Shown in pieces: positions 51,148-64,000 of a stretch of DNA of 64,000 nucleotides (within the stretch, counting starts at the first letter, position 1; every line of letters starts with the position of its first letter). Under the pieces are notes generated by a model that worked only from the letters and a program-made list of their open reading frames with translations, ran no database searches and was not told the origin of the DNA. Position numbers and translations under genes: made by a program. Source of the stretch: Piromyces finnis finn (lineage: Eukaryota > Fungi > Neocallimastigomycota). The stretch lies in the NCBI GenBank assembly GCA_002104945.1, contig MCFH01000020.1, positions 372,001-436,000 of the forward strand. The letters are read 5' to 3'.

Positions 51148-51966
51148 TTTTATAAAAACTAATTTTAGTTTTGATATTTAAATTTTAGTGTAAAAATATA
51201 AATTATTATTTTTTTTTATTAAATATTTTTAATTTGGGTATTACATATTATCGAATATTTAATGTATTAATATCCAATCATATATATTAAAGTGAATATA
51301 TATTGTACATATTTCATAAATATTTGATTTTAATTTATTTAAATCAATATTGTTTCACAGATTAAAGTTAAACATGTATATTTTTTTACATAAAAATTCT
51401 ATTAGTTCTCTTTACTAAATTTATGAAATATGAAATAGGCGGCTATATTTTTCTTTATGTTAAATTTTTATTATATTTTTTCCTTTTTTTTTTTTTTTTT
51501 AAACTATGATGTTTATATTAACAAGTATTTTTCGTACTTTAATTTTAAAACATGAAAGTCTATATTAAAGTTGTAATATCCATATAAATTTTACAAATAA
51601 AAAAAAAGTAAACTCTAGTTTTTCATTTTCATTTTTTTTTTTACTAATGGGTTTTATATAGATAGATATATTATAATATTATAGTTTATTAAAAAATAGG
51701 TTTTTAGCTATTTTTTATTACTAAATTGATAAATATGATAATAGAAACTTTATTAATTATTTAAATTATAGTTCATTGTTAACCAAAGAATACACTAAAA
51801 CTATATTAAATATAATTTTGATATAAGATGGAAAAAGGAATTATATTTACAGATTATTTTATTGATTATTTAGGATTTGGTAGTAATGAACTAATAAATT
51901 GAACATTTTCCTTATATATACATATATTTATTATTATGTTATTAAAAATAACATAATATAAGAATA

Positions 51967-52027
51967 ATAAATAAATAAATAAATAAATAAATAAACAAAC
52001 AAACAAACAAACAAACAAACAAACAAA

Positions 52028-52110
<83 letters not shown>
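51967..52110. repeat. Compound (AAAT)n(AAAC)n(AAAT)n microsatellite
   Basis: Directly visible. Confidence 0.95.
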
Positions 52111-52115
<5 letters not shown>

Positions 52116-52557
52116 AAAATATATATTTAAAGTATTTATTAAAAGTATTAAATATCAACGTAATTAGTTGAGAAATGATAATTCTATGCAGTCATGAATT
52201 TTTTTTAGAGACTTCTAAGGAATATGAAAATTCGAAAAAGAATTATTAAAATTAAAATTTTATTTTTAATTAAACTAATAAAATATATTATTATAAAGTT
52301 TTAATTATAGTTTTATATATAAATAGAATTTATATTATATATACTAAAATTTGAATTTTAATAATAATGAAAAAGTTTTTATATATATTTATTAAAAATA
52401 ATGATTTTTTTTTTGTATATAAGAGTTTTATTTTCTTTTTATTTCATTAATATTTTTTTTAAAAAAATTATAAAAATATTTTGAAAGATATTTTTTAAAA
52501 AAAAAAAAAAAAAACTATTACTAATAAATAAATAAATAAATAATAAATTTAATAAAT

Positions 52558-54856
52558 ATGTAGTATGTAGTAAAACCTTATGTTTTTTTTTTTAATTTTA
52601 TTAATTTATATTAAATATAATTATAAATAAGAATATCATTATTATTATTTAAAGATATATAAATTAATTTTTTTATGGAATAATGAATTTAATAGCGGCT
52701 ACCCACCATCAGGAGGAGCATACCCACCACCAGGAGGAGCGTATCCACCACCAGGAGGCGCTTATCCTCCACCAGGAGGAGCATACCCACCACCAGGAGG
52801 CGCTTATCCACCTCAACAAGGTTCACAGAGTAAAGATACTACTTCCCAGCAAGGTTCTTTTTCAACACCACAAGGATATCCACCACAAGGATATCCACCA
52901 CAAGGATACCCACCACAAGGTTACCCACCACAAGGTTACCCACCACAAGGATACCCACCACAAGGATACCCACCACAAGGATATCCACCACAAGGATACC
53001 CACCACAAGGATATCCACCACAAGGTTACCCACCACAAGGATACCCACCACAAGGATATCCACCACAAGGATACCCACCATCACAAGGATCATATCCACC
53101 ACCACAACAAGGATCTTACCCGCCACAAAATTATCCTCCTCAAGGATATCCACCACAAAATGTTTCACAATTTAATCAACCTCAAACGTAATATTTAATA
53201 TATATATATATTAATATATATATATATTAATATATATATGAACATTTTTTATTTTTCATATTTTATAACAGTTCTCTTTTAACACCAGCTGAATGTGATT
53301 TAGCAGTTAAGACTCTTAGAGATTCTATGAAGGGAATTGGAACAAATGAAAAGAAATTAATTAGTGTTTTAGGTAAATATCCACCACTTCAAATGAACCA
53401 AATTATAAAAGGGTATAAAAGTAATTATGGTAAGTGTAATTTATTAAACTTAATTACACTATTTTTATCAAAATTATAGTGATAATAATAAATAACCAAA
53501 TATATTGAAAATATTTATAAATCGAAACAGGTAAAAACTTAATTGATGATGTTAGATCAGAAACCTCTGGAAATTTCGGTAAATTAGCATGTGCTCTCAG
53601 TATGTCTATTATTGAATATGACGTTAAATGTCTCCACGATGTAAATATCAATATTAGAAATATATCTTTTCAAATATTTTATTTGGAATTGCTTTATTTA
53701 TATATTATTATTATGAATTTTAGGCTATCGCTGGATTAGGTACTGATGATGATTGTTTAATGGAAGTATGTATTTTGTATTTTATTATTATCATTTTTAT
53801 AGATTATTTAATATGAAATGATTAAATTAATTATTATTGGTGTATATATTAATAATACAATTTATTAAGATTCTTGTTGGTAGAACTAACGCTGATATTA
53901 ATGCACTTCGTGCTGAATACAAAAAAACATATAAAAATGATATTGAAAATGACGTAAAGGGTGATACTAGTGGATATGTTCGTCGTTTGTATACTGTTTT
54001 ACTTCAAGTATATATGATCCAATAATTATATATTAATAAAAAGAAGATATTTATTATTAGGAAATATTTTTTTTTTGATAATTAATATATAACTTTTATT
54101 TATTAAAATAGGGTAATCGTGATGAAACTAATAACGCTAGAGATGCTGTTGCTGATGCAGAAACTCTTTATAGAGCTGGTGAAGGCAAGATTGGTACTGA
54201 TGAAATGGCATTTATGTATGGAAAATTTTTTTAAAAAATACTTTTATTAAAACTATATGCTTATTATAGAAAATAATTTCATATTATTGTTTATTTGTTA
54301 TTAATTATTAACAATTTTGCTGATATATGTGTACCCTATATAATTTATTATTTTCAATTAAAAGCTCAATGTTATGTAATCGTCCAGATGCACATTTAAG
54401 ACAAGTATTTGATATTTATCAACAAAAGCATGGTCATACTATTGAAAAAGCCATTTCAAAAGAATTCTCAGGTGATATTAAGAAAGCTTTAACTAATCTT
54501 GTTTCTTCTATTAGAAATAAGGCTGAATACATTGCTACTTTGTATGTAAAACCTAAGTTTGGAAAATAATTTATTATATTTAATAGTAACATTATTATTA
54601 TAACAAAAAAAAAATATTCTAATTCCAATCAATAAATCTTTAAAATTATAGATTCGAAAAATCAATGAAAGGTATGGGTACTGATGATGATAAACTTATT
54701 AGATTGGTTGTTCGTCATAGAGCCCCATATGTTATTAATCCAATTAAGCAAGCCTATTTAACTAAATATGGTAAGCCATTAGCTAAGAGAATTAAAGGTG
54801 ATACCAGTGGTGATTACTGCAAACTTTTATTAACTTGTATTCAAGAAGCAAGCTAA
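52558..54856 (+). CDS. Annexin (A7/fungal ANXC-like, P/G/Y/Q-rich N-terminus), 9 exons
   Basis: ATGTA|gtatgt micro first exon. Introns at 52563-52695, 53188-53271, 53430-53530, 53641-53723, 53766-53869, 54008-54111, 54216-54364 and 54542-54651 all keep frame. Four annexin repeats: MKGIGTNE, GLGTDD, GEGKIGTDE, MKGMGTDD...GDTSGDY. Confidence 0.93.
52871..53080 (+). repeat. 14 x 15-nt coding repeat (QGYPP) in the annexin 1 N-terminus
   Basis: CAAGG[A/T]TA[C/T]CCACCA units; preceded by five GGAYPP(P) units. Confidence 0.93.
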
Positions 54857-55316
54857 ATTAATCAAGAACATAATAATTAAAAGTTCAAAATTCAATATTA
54901 ACTTTTTTTTAAAATGATATATAAAATTATATTCAAGTAAAATAAAATGTGAATTATTAATAGATGAATATTAGTAACATAATTATTTTTAATAGAAACA
55001 ATAATGTAATGTATTTGTATTCTAAATTATAATATAAATAAAATTTTATTTTACAATAACATAAAATATATGCATATAAGAAAAATATTTATAAAAGTAT
55101 ATCAAAATAATTATAAAACTTTTTAAATATTATTTAAACTTTTTTAAAAAAAAAATTTATGTATCATACATAAAAAGATTTCTTTTTTTCTCTTTCTGAC
55201 ATATGACATATCCAATTATAGTATTTATTTTATTTTGTATATTTTGAATTAAATTAATTTAATTAACTTTAAAAAATATATTAAATTAGATTTTTAAATA
55301 GCATAACTAATTATAT

Positions 55317-55414
55317 TACTTAACTGTAGCATATGGTATATTTTATTATGACAAAAACCTAAGTAATTATAACTAGTTATTGTCATAATAAAATATACCA
55401 TTTACAGTTAAGTA
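55317..55414. repeat. Long inverted repeat (12 bp + 22 bp perfect stems, 25-nt loop); MITE-like or hairpin RNA
   Basis: Left arm TACTTAACTGTA-GCAT-ATGGTATATTTTATTATGACAA. The reverse complement of the right arm is TACTTAACTGTA-A-ATGGTATATTTTATTATGACAA. Confidence 0.85.
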
Positions 55415-56387
55415 TTTTTCTTAATTGTTATATACATGCTTTATTTATTTTATATATACATATATATTTTTATTTAAGTAATATAAATTATTGCCAAAAG
55501 TGATTTTAAAATTTAATTAAATAAGAACGAGGTATATTATCTTTTCTTTCTAAAAAAAATATATATATAGGTATATTATCTAGTAAATATATATGTCATT
55601 TATATTTATTATAAAAATAATATCATCATTAAAATATGAAACTAAAATATTAATAATAGAATTAATTATTAAAAGGATTTCATTATAAAAAAAAAATGAT
55701 ATTACCTTTATGTAACTTATTAAATTGTTTTTCCCCCCAAAAAAAAAAAAAAAAAAACTTTAAAATTAATAATTGTATATATAGAACATATCGAGTGTTT
55801 AATTTTTTATTATTTTACTAAATCCTATTATATTTTATTATTGTTTTTCTTTTAATTAAGTCTTTATTTCTTAATTTGATGTATAACTGCCAGAATAAAA
55901 AAAGAATTAATTAAAAAGGAAAAGGTAGTACATTCTAAATCTAACCTAATAAATGTGAATTATGTATATTTATATCATTTAAATAAATATAGTATATATA
56001 AACTTTTAATAATTTGTTTAGATATTCATAAAATATTATTTCATTATAAATAATTAATTTTTCTTTTTAAAATTATAATTTTGTTGTTGGTATTAATGAG
56101 AATATAAAAATTTATTATAATATTTTTCTTTTATATGGAAACAATTATAATTTCCTAAAACAAAAAACAAATAATATAATAACAAAATTTATATTATCAT
56201 ACCCTTGCTTAAATAAATAAATAAATAAAAATACTTCTAAAATACTTATAGAAAAGGTCAATACAATATAAAAGCATTCAAAAAATAATAAAAGAACAGT
56301 ATTATATTTTAAAAAAGTAGTATTTCAGAAGAAACTGATATTATAAGAATATTACTTCTCTATTAACAAAACTTAATTAATTTAAAT

Positions 56388-58236
56388 ATGTAGTAAGTGT
56401 ATATATTTTTATTATAACAAAAACTAATAATTATAAATATTTTCTTTTCTTTTTTTTTTTTTTTTAAAAAAAAACATTTTATTTTAATTTAAATTATGAA
56501 TTGCAAATTAAATGGCATAATCATGCTACTAATTTCATTTAAAATATATTTCATAATATAATAATAATAATAATAATAAAAAGAAGTATATAATATTTTA
56601 ATAATATAAATAATATCAAAAAAAAAAAAAGTTATATATAATAATTAAATTATATAAAATAAATATATTAATATTAATATCAATTTTTTAATTTAATAAC
56701 AGTCCACCATATCAACAATCAGGTGCAGGAACAAATGGATATCCATACCAAGGATATCCACCACCACCACCACAAAATCAATATCAAGGATATCCACCTC
56801 CAGGAACAGGTGGCTACCCACCACCACAACAAAATTTGTATCAAGGATATCCACCTCCAGGAACAGGTGGCTACCCACCACCACAACAAAATCTATATCA
56901 AGGATATCCACCTCCAGGAACAGGTGGCTACCCACCACCTACAGGAGGATATCCACCAACAGGAGGAGGTCATCCACTAACAAATATGCCTTCAACTGCT
57001 CCAGAAAGGGCTGGTAGTGCATATCCACCTCAACCTTCTTTACAAGCTGGATATCTACCACCAACTACACAAGGTGGATATACTGGATATCCACCACCAT
57101 CAAATACTCCAGGAGCTTATACTGGATATCCACCGGCATCAAATGGTTATCCTCCACAGGGTAGTTATGCTGGCTATCCACCCCAAAGTGGCTTTGCTGG
57201 TTATCCACCAACTCAAGGATATCCTGTTCATCAACAAAATACTGTTTATGGAACAGGTGCTTATGGTCAATCAATAGATAACTTTGGTTTAGGTGGAACT
57301 TCAAACCTTTTAACTGCAGATGAAGTTACAAAAGCTTGTGCTGAATTAAGAGATGCTATGAAAGGTTTCGGAACTAATGAGGCAAAATTAATTAGTGTTT
57401 TAGGTACTTATCCTCCAATTCAAATGAATCAAATTATTAAAGGTTACAAGTCGCATTATGGTAAATCATTAGAATCTGCTGTTGATTCTGAAACTTCTGG
57501 TAACTTTGGAAAATTATGTATTGCATTGTCAAAATCAATTTTAGATTTCGATGTTTATTGTCTTCATGAAGCAATAAGTGGTCTTGGAACAGATGAAGAT
57601 TGTTTAATTGAAATTTTAGTAGGTAGAACTAATTCGGATATTCAAGCTATTAATGATGCATACAAAGCAAAATATCGTAATTCACTTGAAAAAGACATTA
57701 GAGGAGATACTAGCGGCTATTTTAGGGCATTATTAGTAGCTCTTGTTCAAGGTAATAGAGACGAAGGTAATGGTACTCGTGATATTAGAAGTGATGTTGA
57801 AGCATTATATAGAGCTGGTGAGGGAAGACTGGGTACTGATGAAAGCACATTCATCTCAATTTTATGTGGTCGTCCTGAGGCTCATTTAAGACAAGTTTTT
57901 GCTCAATATCAACAAAAGTATAGTCACTCAATGGAAAAAGTTATTAAGAGCGAATTTTCTGGTGACATTAAAAAGGCTCTTATTAATTTAGTAAAATCCA
58001 TTACTAATCATAATGAATTTATCGCTGAACAATTTGAAAAATCAATGAAGGGATTAGGTACTAATGATGATAAACTTATAAGATTGACTGTTCGTTATCG
58101 TGATCCAATAATTATTGCTCCAATTAAAGAAGCTTACAAGACCATGTATGGTAAATCATTAAAGAAACGTATTGAAGGTGATACCAGTGGTGATTATAGA
58201 AGACTTTTAATAACTTGTATTGGTGAAAATAAATAA
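56388..58236 (+). CDS. Annexin paralog 2, only one intron (56393-56702)
   Basis: ATGTA|gtaagt...aacag|T gives MYPPYQQSGAG. The ORF-track start at 56836 is a TTG. Four annexin repeats: MKGFGTNE, GLGTDE, GEGRLGTDE, MKGLGTND. Confidence 0.94.
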
Positions 58237-58691
58237 TACTAAACTTGACGAGAGATTAACTAAATAATATTTTTTAGTTATAAATAAAACTAAATCATTT
58301 TATTACAAAAAAATGTTTATTATTTCAATATAACTCATATCTATATCTATTCTGTAAATAAATAAAATAATTATTAAAATAAATATATAAACGATATAAA
58401 ATTTCTTCAATACATTATATATATCATTTTAATTATTTTTGTTTATATACATTTTTTTTTAAAAAAAGTGATTACATTTTTAGAAAATATATTCATCATT
58501 TTTATTATTTTTATTTAGATATGCTTTATTTTTTTTTTATTTTTATTATTTTTTTTTTTTATTTTATCCTACATTTTTATTTTATATTGACTATAAAGAA
58601 ATTATTATGTATATTATTTAGTAAATGTTATAAATATTATATTTGGATGCGTTATTATAATTTTTTTTTTTTGGAAAATAAAAAATAAAAC

Positions 58692-60908
58692 TTAATTTTG
58701 AATTTTCAATATAAAACTATCAAAGAAATTGTTTGATTTTTTATTTTTATAGTCTAATAAACTTAGATCGTCATCATCAAAATTTTCATTATCATTAACG
58801 GGCTCATCTAAATAAGGATGAAAAACATTTTCCATAAAAAATTCATAATCTATGTTCATCTTTAATATATATAAATATTTATATATCAAAATTATTACTA
58901 TGAAATTTCTTACATATTTTATATTATTTTAAAACATTTAATAAACATAAAGCTACTTACATGTCCCCCTGGTGATGTAAGAAAATCTAGCTTATTTTCT
59001 TTATCTAAAGTATGCATACCAATCCAATCCTATATGAAATAGTTTCATAATATATAAATATGAAGTGAATTACAATAAAATACTATTAAGATAAAAATAT
59101 TTTTAGATATATATATAAGTATATTAATTACTTCTTTATATGAAAGAGTTTCATTCATTGGAATCATTTCTTCAAAGTCATTCACCCAACCAAACCACTT
59201 TTTTTTTAATTATTATTTTTATTTTTTAAAAATCAAAATGAGAGATATTATTGTATTATTATTTTTGTAAAACAATAATTAAAAATAAAGTATATTAGTA
59301 TATCATATTATGTTATATTCGACATACAGAAGTAATGGCTGGAATAACAGTTTCTTCTTCCGAAAATCTTATCATTACAAATTTATTGAGTTTGAGCATA
59401 TTTTCTTTATATTTTGGATTCTTATTCTAAATTTTAATGTATATTAAAAAAATAATATATTAAAATCCAATATTCTTTATTTTCATTACTATATACAGAA
59501 TTTATTTTTACTTCTCTTTCATTATTAATATCGGCTAAAAAGATTGATTTTTCTAAATATTCATCATAATTATCGATACTCTTAAATTTATAATTAACAT
59601 GTAAATCATAAAAAATTATTATGTCCAGATTTTTAAAAATTAATTATTTATATAACCAATAATTTGCACTATAAAAAATATACATTTTTATTATTCTATT
59701 TACTTTAAAATACTGAGCTTGAATAACTTTATTTTGAATAAATGAACTATATACATTTGAAGATAATAATAATCTCATTTTAAAACAAAAGTCAGAATCA
59801 TCATTAGTACAACCTGGAACGGAAGAAACACCTTTATATAAAATATTTTTGTTTAAATTTAATAGTTATTAAAAATCAAAAAATCTATATATTATTTTTA
59901 TAATATATCATTGTAGATTAACTTTTCCAATTATTTTACCATTATGCTGCCCACCATAAGTAATTAAATTATAAACTGGTGGATCATTGCAGCGCTCAAC
60001 ATAAGCTCTTAAAAATTGTCCACCCTTTTTTTTTATAATATGTATCCAATAAAGATTATTTATTTTATATTTGTTTCAAGCTTATAAAAATTTTTATAAT
60101 TTAAGCTATTTATAATAATATTTACTTGTGAAAAACCAAGAGCATTGAAACCATCTTTTAAGTATGGGTAAATATCATCTTCATGTAATTTATTACAAAC
60201 ATAATCAACCTATTTAAATATAACAATATATATAAATTTTTAAATTTAAATTTATATATATATTTATTATTATTATTTTCTTTTTAATTTAATAAATTAT
60301 TAAATTAAAACTTTATATTTATGAAATTCACTTGTTCATTAATATTTCCAAAATATGAATTCTTTCTTTCAATTAATTCACTTTCTGAATCTGAAACCAT
60401 TAATGAATAAATAAAAGTTCCTGGTAATAATTCTTTAAGTATTTCCATAAATCCACCAATACTATAATGATATTATTTATATTCATTTCAGCATGAATTA
60501 TTTAACTGGTTTTACTAAAGTCTTAATATTTTTTTTAAAACAAATTCGTTTATACCTATCCTTATTACAACATGTATCGCCCATACCATGCCATATTACA
60601 ACTATGTATAAAAATAATTGAACCAATAGTTTCTTGATAATTAGAACTTATAATTTGTTGCACTATATTTATAAAATTAAGAAAAAATATTTTACCTGGA
60701 CGATATATATTTTTTGCAACTTTTTTTTTTATTAAAACGGTTTTTTAAAATAATAACAACAATAACAGTAATAATAATGAAAATAAAATTAGTTTACTAA
60801 TTATTTATAATAATAATAATTATTATTATATTATAGTTTTTTACAAGTATTAGTAATAATTAATGTTTTAATTAAGAAGCTAATTAAATGAATTTTATTA
60901 AATTTCAT
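58692..60908 (-). CDS. PPT1: Palmitoyl-protein thioesterase 1 (multi-exon, secreted/lysosomal type)
   Basis: Signal peptide [21 protein letters not shown], a 24-nt exon, then [63 protein letters not shown] and [11 protein letters not shown]. Confidence 0.9.
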
Positions 60909-61486
60909 TATTTGTTTTCTTTTATATATATATATATATATATATTTTATTTATTGTTTTTCGTTTCTCAAATTTATGTTAGTAATGGTTTATTTATTAT
61001 TTTGATCTATATATTTATTTAAAGATGCCTTTTTTTTTTTTTTTTTTTTTTTTTAAAATTTCTTTTTCTTTTTTATTTTATTTTTTTTTATTTTCTATCT
61101 TGATTTTTTATTAAATTAAAGTTAATTAAAATTAAAAAATTTTTGTAGTTTTATGGAATTGGAAAAAAAAAGAAATAAATTTTCAGTACATAAAATATTA
61201 AAAAGAATCAATATTTAAATGAAATTTCAAAATTAAATCTATTATAAAATATTACTAATAGAAATAGATTAAAGAGTATTATTAAATTTTAATGTGAAAA
61301 TTTTATATAATATATTAATATAAAAATAAACAGTATATACATATATACACAACAGATTGTTCAAAAAATAATAAATGAATTTATAAAAAACATTTCATTC
61401 ATTATCCTTTTTTAGTTTTTTAAATATTCATCTAAATTAACATATATAACAATTTAATTTTAAACATAATAAAATTTAGTAACAAT

Positions 61487-61781
61487 ATGAGTCTAGAAAG
61501 TCTTCAACAACAATATAATTTATTACATAATTTATTAGATAATTTGGAAGATCAATGTCAATTATGGATTCAGAAACAAGATATTACATGTGCATATGCT
61601 TCTTCCATTATTAATCTTATATCTCAACAAAATGATGCCAAAAGCTATTTTAAGAACAACGATAGTGATATTATTATCAAAAAGGGGAAAAAAACTTTTA
61701 CACAAACCAATTTTTCAAATTTTACATCTAATGGAGTAAATGTAGTATCTTTTCTTCCTCCATTGGAATTTAAATTAACCT

Positions 61782-61812
<31 letters not shown>

Positions 61813-62467
61813 TAATAATGCACTATCAGATAATATTAATAATAACAATATAACATTAAAGTGTGGTAACAACAATAATAAAAAGGTGAGCAATGCTACT
61901 ATTACTCAGAGTATTGATTCAAAGGATTATACACCTGCTATCATTGATTTACTTTCACAATATCCAGATGTCGTTGAAAAGTTGGTAGTGAAGCAACAAT
62001 ATAATATAGAACAAGCTATTAAAAATTTTAAAAATGAAGCTGAAGAGTTTAGTTTAATTAAGGATACAATGATAAAAATAAGGCATGATGCCAAAAATAG
62101 TGTTCGTTTAGCATATCGAAAAGCGATAGAAATGGAAAATCAAGATATTGATGAAGAAAATGGTTTGAAAGAAAAGGTTATAGATAAAATGAATACCATG
62201 GAAAAAGCGAATATTCCATTAATGGACCTAGAAATGTGGATAGATAAAATAGTAACTTGTTATGAAAGAGAATGTACAGTAAAGGAATATTTATTAAAAC
62301 GCTTAAGAGAAGGTAGCCTTACTGAAACAACTGATTGGGATAATTGGAATAGTCGTTGGAATTCCCAGAGTTATTTAGATTTTAATCTTGAACAGGATAT
62401 TCGTGAAAAAATTAAAGCTTATAAATTACTTAAGATATATGAGAGAGAAAAGGAAAAAGAAATTTAA
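61487..62467 (+). CDS. C1orf109/AIRIM-like protein with a poly-Asn insertion, intronless
   Basis: Three blocks align by eye with human C1orf109 as I recall it: LEDQCQLW...SSIINLISQ vs VEEQQGLW...SSLSNLAEQ; YPDVVEKLVVKQ vs FPDLKERLRRKQ; DLEMWIDKIVTCYERE...KEYLL vs DMLEWLQDIERHYRKS...RKYLL. Confidence 0.65.
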
Positions 62468-62844
62468 AATTTATTTTTTTGAACTAGTTTAATATTTTTA
62501 TTTTTTTTTATTATTTTTTCCTCTGTCTATACTATCAAATAAACCAAATAAACAATAAATCATTATACTCTAATATTTTTCAATTTAATTTATTAATTAG
62601 ATTATGATATTATATATAATATCCATAATAAAATAATAATAATACTAAATATAACATAGTATTTAAACATTAGATTGCAATTATTATATTTTATTATATA
62701 TTTTTATTATTTATCTTTATTAAATTAAAATATACTAAATGGTGTTTTATCTTGATAGAAAACAAAACAAAGAAAAGTTCTAATTTTTTTTTTTTTTTTT
62801 AATATATTGTAATCTTTAACATTAACAAAGTATATTTACTAGTA

Positions 62845-62878
<34 letters not shown>

Positions 62879-62983
62879 GAAAGTGATTTAATTATTGACT
62901 AAGATCATTTTTAAAATGTGTAAAAACAAAACATTTAAATATATAAACTGACTCGACTAGAAATGAGAATATACACAATAATT

Positions 62984-64000
62984 TTACCATTTTCTCCATC
63001 TGCCACCACATATACAATTTCTACCATATTTTCTATACCATGCTGCCTTTCCTCTAAAAATATAGAGATTTGTTCCAGAATTATTATTTTCTCCTCCAAC
63101 ACTAGGCATTATTAATTTTTTGATATTTTTAGAAGATTCTTTTTTATGTGGCTTTTTTTCATCTGTAATAAGATTGTATGGTAATATTAAAGAAAATCCG
63201 CTAAATTCATCTAAATGAGGAACTTCGCTGAAATGATAACATCTATTTTAAGTTTATATATAAACAAATATAAAATCATGAAGAAACTATTAATATCTTT
63301 TATTATCGATTAATCTATTAATTTCCTATTGTTATAACTGTCAATTTACCTTTCACATTGTCTTACTCCTGTAGCTCGATGTAAAGATGTCTTTGTAAGT
63401 ACATCAAATTGCTGAAGAATATTATTTTCTAAAATTGATATAATTTTTGATTTATAGGTGATATTTTCATTATAAATGTTTGGAGAAGTATTAATATTAA
63501 TTTCATTAAGTTCAACGATATCACTGAAGAAAGTATTTGAAAGATTATTAATTTGATAGTCATTTAGATTGGAGCTAATTTTTTTTGGTTCCTCAAGATT
63601 AATATTTTCAAACTTCTTGGATGTATTTTCTTTACTGAAACCTATACCATACAATTTTAATCCTACAAAATTTCTATAAATCATTCCTGAGGTGAGTTTG
63701 CTTACTTTTTCATGTTCAATATATGATACTTCTGATTGAGTAAAAAGATAGTTATATGCTTCAGCAATATTATTACTTAAGAATATCTTTGTAATATATT
63801 TATTGTATAATTCTTTAAGATCTTTTTTAATAAAGGACTCTAAATATGAAGGTATAGTTCCATTATAGATTAAATTCTTTATTTCACTAATTTGGAATTC
63901 TAAATCTAATATATAAAACATAAACCACAAATAGAGATTAATATATATATATATAAACCTTAATATTACATTTTTATAATATTGCATTATTTTGTAGAAA
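62984..64000 (-). CDS. MED16: Mediator subunit Med16/Sin4, 3' part (gene runs off the window)
   Basis: Exon ending VRQCE-R splices to CYHF...AAWYRKYGRNCICGGRWRKW*. The RxCxRC...W...Y.R.C.CGG.W pattern is the Med16 C-terminal motif. Confidence 0.75.

Noticed and set aside
56836-56838. ORF-track start of annexin 2 (likewise 13555 and 5974)
   Set aside because: 56836 and 13555 are non-ATG starts, and 5974 lies inside an intron. Better starts are at 56388, 13537 and 5383.
60716-60800. Apparent frameshift or stop in the PPT1 N-terminus
   Set aside because: Resolved by an upstream signal-peptide exon (ATG 60908) and a 24-nt exon with an A-run acceptor; no pseudogene call is needed.

Overview
Extremely AT-rich, intron-containing (GT-AG) eukaryotic DNA. 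The AT content, poly-Asn tracts and tandem CotH genes point to an anaerobic gut fungus (Neocallimastigomycota); that assignment is an inference. I reconstructed 17 protein-coding genes by hand, joining exons that the ORF track misses or mis-starts: Pom33/TMEM33, coatomer zeta, Nup160, ALG9, an LPA1/2-phosphoglycerate-kinase-like P-loop NTPase, a GT71 mannosyltransferase, a giant Cid1/TUT-family nucleotidyltransferase, two CotH kinases, Fpg, a GNAT-like orphan, RPL22, chorismate synthase, two annexins, PPT1, a C1orf109/AIRIM-like protein, plus the 3' end of Med16. The window also holds a 5'-truncated LINE with poly(A) tail and candidate TSD, a decayed second copy of its 3' end, long microsatellites and two long hairpins. 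I saw no rRNA, tRNA or CRISPR array. The most striking item is the intronless 1811-aa nucleotidyltransferase at 24320-29755. It carries LOTUS/winged-helix-like repeats and a nine-unit array in which each unit has a PAM2-like (PABP-binding) motif and a PPG-hydrophobic (GYF-binding) motif or its PLGF variant, suggesting an undescribed RNA-tailing/silencing hub. All family calls come from motif recognition by eye; no database search was run.
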